64,000 bases of DNA. Origin: an uncultured Eubacterium sp. (GTDB lineage: Bacteria > Bacillota > Clostridia > Lachnospirales > Lachnospiraceae). The stretch is taken from positions 86,666 to 150,665 of the forward strand of contig CAJTZF010000006.1 in NCBI GenBank assembly GCA_910584245.1, written 5' to 3'. The notes under the pieces were generated by a model. It had not been told where the DNA came from. It saw only the letters and a program-made list of their open reading frames with translations, and did no database searches. Of the stretch, positions 58,705 to 64,000 are shown one piece after another. The position numbers and the translations under genes were made by a program. Positions within the stretch are counted from its first letter, which is position 1. Each line of letters opens with the position of its first letter.

Positions 58705-59937
58705 TTAAAAATTATTTTCTGTACTCCTAAGTCCCTTGATGGCATGCAGAAGTGAAATCGGGTTTCCATAACGGAGTGTGGAGTTACGAAATATCTTTGC
58801 CGCCACAAATCCCATTCCGACAACTGAACCATACAAAATTACCGCAGATATAACGGTTTCCCACATAGAAACCTTCCCCATAGCGATGCGGATAAACATC
58901 GCGCTATAGGAACTAATCGGCAGATAAGATAAAATTTTTATCACTATGCCATCTGGCTCCTGCATCTGAAAAAGTACAAGAAAATATACAATCATCACGA
59001 CCATCTGCGCCGTTCCCGCACTCTTATTCAGATCCTCAATCTTGGAAACCATAGCCCCCAGAGCTCCATACAAAAAGGCATAGAATAAAAATCCACCAAA
59101 TCCAAACACAATAAAAGTAACAAGGACTTCCACTGGTATATCCAGCAGCATGTCTAGAACCCCTCCCATGCTGTCCTTATTGAACTGGTATGCGCCCAGT
59201 ATACTTGAAAAAATAAGTCCAATCTGAAATATAATGGCTGTCGCCCCTGCAAATACTTTTCCAAACAAAAGACTTGAAGAAGTCGTACTCGTCACAAGAA
59301 TTTCCACTGTGCGGTTACTTTTCTCATTTGCAACACTCGTGGCAATCATCATTCCATACATGACAATAATCATAAATACAAGAATTACCAAAACATAACT
59401 GTACCAATAATTGCTCTCAGAATCTTTTCCGAGAATCTGCTCATGGCAAACGATGCTCTCCTGGTCCATTTTCGCCATATCTTCGTAATTCAAATCGTTA
59501 TCCTCGCAGTATTTCATCTTTGCCGCCGTGCTCATCAGATTGCGGAAGCTCTCTGCCGTGTCGGAAAACGCGGACTGGTTAAAGACAAAATAATCAAACT
59601 CTGTCGTAGAGCGGATGACAAATCCCGCCTCCACCTCTTCCGATACTACGGCGTCCCGGATCTGCTGTTCACTATCCATTCTCTGGATATCCGCTTTTCC
59701 GAAAGAAAGAATGAGATCATCACTGACAATGCCTTCCGGGTCACAAATGGCGATCGTCTCCGCAATGACGCTGTCCTTCTCATCGGAACTATCCCCACCG
59801 GATACCGCCGATAAAATGCTTGGTATACTAATACCTACAATTGCCAGAACACAAATCAGTAACGTGGACAGCACATAAGTTTTACTCTTAAAATAATTGC
59901 CCAGCTCAAAATAATATACCGTCAATAGCTTTTTCAT
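58705..59937 (-). CDS. ABC-2 type transporter permease (NatB/YhaP-like)
   Basis: VANEKSNRTVEIL, LLFGK; one N-terminal TM plus C-terminal TM bundle. Confidence 0.9.
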   Translation of the reverse strand: MKKLLTVYYFELGNYFKSKTYVLSTLLICVLAIVGISIPSILSAVSGGDSSDEKDSVIAETIAICDPEGIVSDDLILSFGKADIQRMDSEQQIRDAVVSEEVEAGFVIRSTTEFDYFVFNQSAFSDTAESFRNLMSTAAKMKYCEDNDLNYEDMAKMDQESIVCHEQILGKDSESNYWYSYVLVILVFMIIVMYGMMIATSVANEKSNRTVEILVTSTTSSSLLFGKVFAGATAIIFQIGLIFSSILGAYQFNKDSMGGVLDMLLDIPVEVLVTFIVFGFGGFLFYAFLYGALGAMVSKIEDLNKSAGTAQMVVMIVYFLVLFQMQEPDGIVIKILSYLPISSYSAMFIRIAMGKVSMWETVISAVILYGSVVGMGFVAAKIFRNSTLRYGNPISLLHAIKGLRSTENNF

Positions 59938-59941
59938 CCCG

Positions 59942-60856
59942 TCACGCCTCCTTTCCTACACAGGACACAAATATGTCGTTCAACGACGGCTCATACGATC
60001 CGTACGTGTCAATCTCAATGCCCTCTGCTTTAAGGCGTTCCAGTACCTTCCACTGGTCAACCCCATCCTTCAGGCGAAAGATGACGTTGTATTTATTCCT
60101 GCCCTCGATCTGAACCAGATCCGTCAATTTTCCAAGGTGCTGCTCTAACTCATCCAGCGTCAGGTTAAGCGCAGATAAAATCTTTTTCCCCTGGCCATAT
60201 TCATGCTTGATCACATCCAAGCTACCTTGCAGAACTACCTCGCCCTGGTTAATAATAACGACATCCTCGCAGAATTCCTCGACATAACTCATCTGGTGGC
60301 TTGAAAAAATAACGATTTTTCCTGAGGCGATCCGTTCCCGGATCACATCTTTCAAAATCTGGGAATTGACGGGATCCAAACCGGAAAAAGGTTCGTCAAG
60401 CACAACGATATCCGGATCGCACACAAGCGTAGTTGCCAATTGTACTTTTTGCTGGTTCCCTTTCGAAAGCGTATCCATCTTGCGCTTCTCATGCTCCGCA
60501 ATCTGAAGCCGGCCCAGCCACTTTTTCGCACTTTCCACAGCTGTCTTTTTATCAAGTCCCCGGAGCCTTGCAAAATAAACCATCTGCTCAAGAACGGTTT
60601 TTTTCGGATACATTCCTCTCTCTTCCGGCAAATACCCCACCTGCTTTTTCGACGGTTCAAACGGCTTTCCATCAAGCAATACCTCTCCGGCATTAGCGCG
60701 GAAAATATCCATGATAATCCTTATAGAAGTCGTCTTCCCGGCGCCATTTCTGCCCAGAAGTCCTAGCGCCCTTCCGCTTTCCACAGAAAAATTAATCCCC
60801 TTTAGTACTTCTTTTCCGTCGAAGCTTTTATGTATATCTTTAAGTTCCAGCTTCAC
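59942..60856 (-). CDS. ABC transporter ATP-binding protein (YhaQ-like)
   Basis: GRNGAGKTT, GYLPEERG, LSKGNQQ, LDEPFSGLDP, SSH. Confidence 0.93.
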   Translation of the reverse strand: MKLELKDIHKSFDGKEVLKGINFSVESGRALGLLGRNGAGKTTSIRIIMDIFRANAGEVLLDGKPFEPSKKQVGYLPEERGMYPKKTVLEQMVYFARLRGLDKKTAVESAKKWLGRLQIAEHEKRKMDTLSKGNQQKVQLATTLVCDPDIVVLDEPFSGLDPVNSQILKDVIRERIASGKIVIFSSHQMSYVEEFCEDVVIINQGEVVLQGSLDVIKHEYGQGKKILSALNLTLDELEQHLGKLTDLVQIEGRNKYNVIFRLKDGVDQWKVLERLKAEGIEIDTYGSYEPSLNDIFVSCVGKEA

Positions 60857-61574
60857 TTTTTACTCCTTCCCGACGTCTCATACTGCGAAGCAGCTTCTTG
60901 TCCTCCCCGCTCACGCGAAACGACTCGACTATTTTTTGTATACTCTTATTATACACGAAAGTATCCAGATTGCAAGACAAAAGATAGGCAAGTGTAATCT
61001 GCCTCTGCTTGATAAAGCAGACAGAAATCCCCCATGCCACCGCCATTTTCACATAATATCCATCGTGCCGGATCCCGTCGTAAATCCGCAGCACGTCATT
61101 AATATACTCCTCTGTCACAAAGTACTGCAAAAGAATGACAACGGCAAACCGGACCTCATATTCCTTTTCAGACAAAAGATACGGCTGTATAAATTCATAC
61201 ATTTCCCCCGGATGCTTTTTTACATCCTTCAAATCCCCGCACACGATGTCGCATACCGCCCAATTATTAATACTCAGAATGAATTTCTCCAAATATAAAA
61301 GCTTTTCCTGAAAACCGCATTTCGCCAGGGCAATAACCATGCCGCACAGCATATTCATCTCATAAACAGCGGACTGTTTCGTCATTTCTACAAATCCCCG
61401 CCAATCCCCTTTGATGATCTGCTTCGCCAGTTTCCTGAGCACGGGAACACGCACACCATAAAAGACCGTATCGACATTGGGAATAAGCTTGCTGTGGAAT
61501 GTCCGGTATTCCTCGTCCGCAAGCTCCTGTAAGGTTTTATTTAATTGCCCTAATTGTTCCGCTGTGTATTCCAT
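60840..61574 (-). CDS. DNA alkylation repair protein (AlkD-like)
   Basis: [38 protein letters not shown]. Confidence 0.88.
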   Translation of the reverse strand: MEYTAEQLGQLNKTLQELADEEYRTFHSKLIPNVDTVFYGVRVPVLRKLAKQIIKGDWRGFVEMTKQSAVYEMNMLCGMVIALAKCGFQEKLLYLEKFILSINNWAVCDIVCGDLKDVKKHPGEMYEFIQPYLLSEKEYEVRFAVVILLQYFVTEEYINDVLRIYDGIRHDGYYVKMAVAWGISVCFIKQRQITLAYLLSCNLDTFVYNKSIQKIVESFRVSGEDKKLLRSMRRREGVKSEAGT

Positions 61575-62587
61575 TGTATCTCCAGGCCCGGAACTGCGTT
61601 TAAGTCCCAGCCGTCCCGCCTCCCCTTTATAAACTCGTAATATCCGGCCGCCCCGATCATTGCGGCATTGTCCGTGCAAAAAACGGGCTCGGGATAGTAC
61701 AGCGCATATCCCCTTTCCCCGCAAGCCGCCTTCATCCGGGACCGAAGAGCGCGGTTACTCGCAACTCCCCCCGCCATCGCAACCTTATTCGTATTATAAC
61801 GGTCTGCCGCCAGCATCGTACGGGAGACGAGTACGTCCGTCACCGCTTCCTGGAAAGATGCCGCCAGATCCGCCTGGGAATACCGGATTCCTTTCATTTT
61901 ACAGCCGTTTATATAATTCAATACGGCTGATTTCACTCCGCTAAAGCTGAAATCATAAGGCGCTCCGTCAATCGAAGCACGGGGAAATAAAATCGCATCC
62001 TTATCTCCTTTGGGCGCAAGAGCGTCAATCTTAGGCCCTCCCGGATACCCGAGGCCGATCGACCGCGCCACTTTGTCAAATGCCTCCCCAGCGGCATCGT
62101 CCCTTGTCCTTCCAATCATTTCATATTCGCCATAATCCTTCACCATCACGAGATGGGTATGTCCGCCGGACACAACGAGGCACAGAAACGGGGGCTCAAG
62201 TTCTGCATGGCAAATGTAATTTGCTGAAATATGCCCCTCAATATGATTTACACCTATGAGAGGTTTCCCCGCCGCATAGCTGATCGCCTTGGCCGTCCCT
62301 ACACCTACGAGCAGCGCCCCGACCAGTCCCGGGCCATATGTGACACACACGCCGTCCACGTCTTGAATCGCCATTTCCGCCTCTTCCAACGCCTGTTCAA
62401 TCACCGGATTTATGTTCTGTATGTGCTTGCGGGAAGCAATCTCCGGAACTACCCCGCCATAAAGTTTATGTAAATCTATTTGGGAAGCAATCACATTCGA
62501 TAAAACTTCCCTGCCATTTTTTACAACAGAAGCGGCGGTTTCATCGCAAGAGCTTTCCACCGCCAGCAACTTTATATCTTTTTTCAC
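61550..62587 (-). CDS. tsaD: tRNA threonylcarbamoyladenosine biosynthesis protein TsaD
   Basis: [42 protein letters not shown]. Confidence 0.97.
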   Translation of the reverse strand: MKKDIKLLAVESSCDETAASVVKNGREVLSNVIASQIDLHKLYGGVVPEIASRKHIQNINPVIEQALEEAEMAIQDVDGVCVTYGPGLVGALLVGVGTAKAISYAAGKPLIGVNHIEGHISANYICHAELEPPFLCLVVSGGHTHLVMVKDYGEYEMIGRTRDDAAGEAFDKVARSIGLGYPGGPKIDALAPKGDKDAILFPRASIDGAPYDFSFSGVKSAVLNYINGCKMKGIRYSQADLAASFQEAVTDVLVSRTMLAADRYNTNKVAMAGGVASNRALRSRMKAACGERGYALYYPEPVFCTDNAAMIGAAGYYEFIKGRRDGWDLNAVPGLEIQWNTQRNN

Positions 62588-62608
62588 AATCCTGTCTCCA
62601 TTCTACTG

Positions 62609-63253
62609 TCAACTGTCACCCTCTGGATTCTCCTGCTCCTCCTGCTCATTCTTTTTAAAAGCAAGTATTTTCCACTTATTGTCCTCATTTACGAGCACGT
62701 AATCCTGATAAGACTTCGAATAGTTACCCTTTTCATTCATAAAGAATGCCATTTGGAGATACGCACACGATTTGCCATCAATTGTCTTATATTCTGTCTC
62801 GCTGCTCTTATCAACCGTGTAGTTGACGATTTTCCTCTTTTTTGAGTAAAATTCCTCTGTTTCGGCTAACAGGTTCTCCTTGTGTTCTTCAAAGGAATTC
62901 TGCTCCAGCAAGGAAGTGCTATACAGCATTCTCATCTGTTTTAGCAGCTTATCCAAATACTCATCACCCAGGCCCTCCGAATTGTAAATACACTGGTTAA
63001 TCCTTCCCAAAAGCTTCAGCACCTCTGACGGGGTACCGGGATATCCCAGCTCAAGATCTTTCTCCGCCAGCCTTTGGACTTCCGGAACAGAACCACTCCC
63101 ATTATCCGTTTTTTTACCATTTTTGTGCTGGTAAAATACAAAGATAATTCCAATTACGATCAAACATGTAATAAATGCAAAGACACTCATATTCCGTGCC
63201 ATTTTTTTAGCGGGATTCTTTTCCTGCCTGATCTGCTTTCTCTGCATATGCAT
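62609..63253 (-). CDS. Membrane-anchored hypothetical protein (DUF6715-like)
   Basis: Single TM; YPGTPSEV; C-terminal ..EDNKWKIL; start uncertain (63247-63286). Confidence 0.65.
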   Translation of the reverse strand: MHMQRKQIRQEKNPAKKMARNMSVFAFITCLIVIGIIFVFYQHKNGKKTDNGSGSVPEVQRLAEKDLELGYPGTPSEVLKLLGRINQCIYNSEGLGDEYLDKLLKQMRMLYSTSLLEQNSFEEHKENLLAETEEFYSKKRKIVNYTVDKSSETEYKTIDGKSCAYLQMAFFMNEKGNYSKSYQDYVLVNEDNKWKILAFKKNEQEEQENPEGDS

Positions 63254-64000
63254 ACGCATCCTCCTCCTTTTGGCATGCTTCCTCAAATTTCAGTTCCCTG
63301 TACATGCGGTCCTTGCCGGGAACTGTCCGTGGAAAAATCTTTCTCACGTCCTTCATATAAACTTCCGGGCGTATTAGAGATGGACTGTAATGAGTCAGCC
63401 ACATCTCGCCCACATCTGCCCGCGCAGCCAGTCCAGCCGCCTCCAGAAACGTCATGTGCTTCTTCTCCCGCGCACTCTCCGTTTTCTCCTTTTCGCCATA
63501 CATCCCTTCACAGATAAATAAATCTGCCCCCCTGGCATTTTGGACGATGGCATCCGTTGGCCTGCTGTCTGTGCAGTAAGTAACTTTAATCCCCTTTCGC
63601 GGCGGCCCGAGCACGAGATCCGATGTGTACTCAATCCCGTCCAGCGTGAAGCTATCCGCCTTTTGTAACGGACTCCACGCTTTCATAGGCACACCATTCT
63701 CCCTCGCCTTTTCCACATCGAATTTTCCGCTCCGCAAAATTTCTATCGTATATCCATAGCATACCACATTATGGTTTACCTTGAAAGCGGAAATGTGATA
63801 ATTTTGAATAAAAAATTCTTCATACTCCGTTTCGATTTCCAAATATTTGATTTTAAAAGGAATTCCCTGCGCAATCACAAGAAGGGACTGAACTACCTTC
63901 TTCAGTCCCTTTGGTCCGATTATTGTGATTGGCTCTGTGCGCTCGGCATTTCCCATTGAGAGCAAAAGTCCCGGCAGACCGCTAATATGATCCCCATGAA
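63207..64000 (-). CDS. rnz: Ribonuclease Z (5' part outside the window)
   Basis: HGDHISGLPG at the window edge, HNVVCYGY, exosite, YCTDSRP, H-M-T, LTHYS. Confidence 0.92.
   Translation of the reverse strand, partial: HGDHISGLPGLLLSMGNAERTEPITIIGPKGLKKVVQSLLVIAQGIPFKIKYLEIETEYEEFFIQNYHISAFKVNHNVVCYGYTIEILRSGKFDVEKARENGVPMKAWSPLQKADSFTLDGIEYTSDLVLGPPRKGIKVTYCTDSRPTDAIVQNARGADLFICEGMYGEKEKTESAREKKHMTFLEAAGLAARADVGEMWLTHYSPSLIRPEVYMKDVRKIFPRTVPGKDRMYRELKFEEACQKEEDAYAYAEKADQAGKESR

Noticed and set aside
63207..63286. Overlap of the rnz 3' end with the next gene
   Set aside because: About 47 bp with the likely start; within normal range and the start is uncertain

Overview
A 64-kb chromosomal window from a spore-forming Clostridia bacterium; gene content and order suggest Lachnospiraceae (inference). 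It is mostly core genome: thiE, a Ca2+ P-type ATPase, thrS with a T-box, the yaaO-(kinase)-yaaR-holB-ricT-yabB-rsmI-abrB block, cvfB, spoVAF, MoxR-DUF58-transglutaminase, murA, SRP RNA, dpaAB, asnB, pta, tsaD and a partial rnz. I saw no transposase, prophage, CRISPR array, rRNA or tRNA. The most notable items are: (1) a five-gene operon of unknown function (M50-like pseudo-protease, DUF5717-like, Hsp70-fold DUF5716-like, TPR, membrane coiled-coil); (2) a 243-bp rod-like palindrome plus a second hairpin at 1116-1427; (3) a large cNMP-binding protein paired with a TPR/pseudo-AAA protein behind the SRP RNA; (4) an AT-rich PIN nuclease pseudogene; (5) a stand-alone 50-aa highly acidic protein; (6) a 40-nt insertion flanked by a 7-bp direct repeat in T-box stem I; (7) PhoP-like boxes before a VTC operon. 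Family names come from motif recognition by eye, not from database searches.
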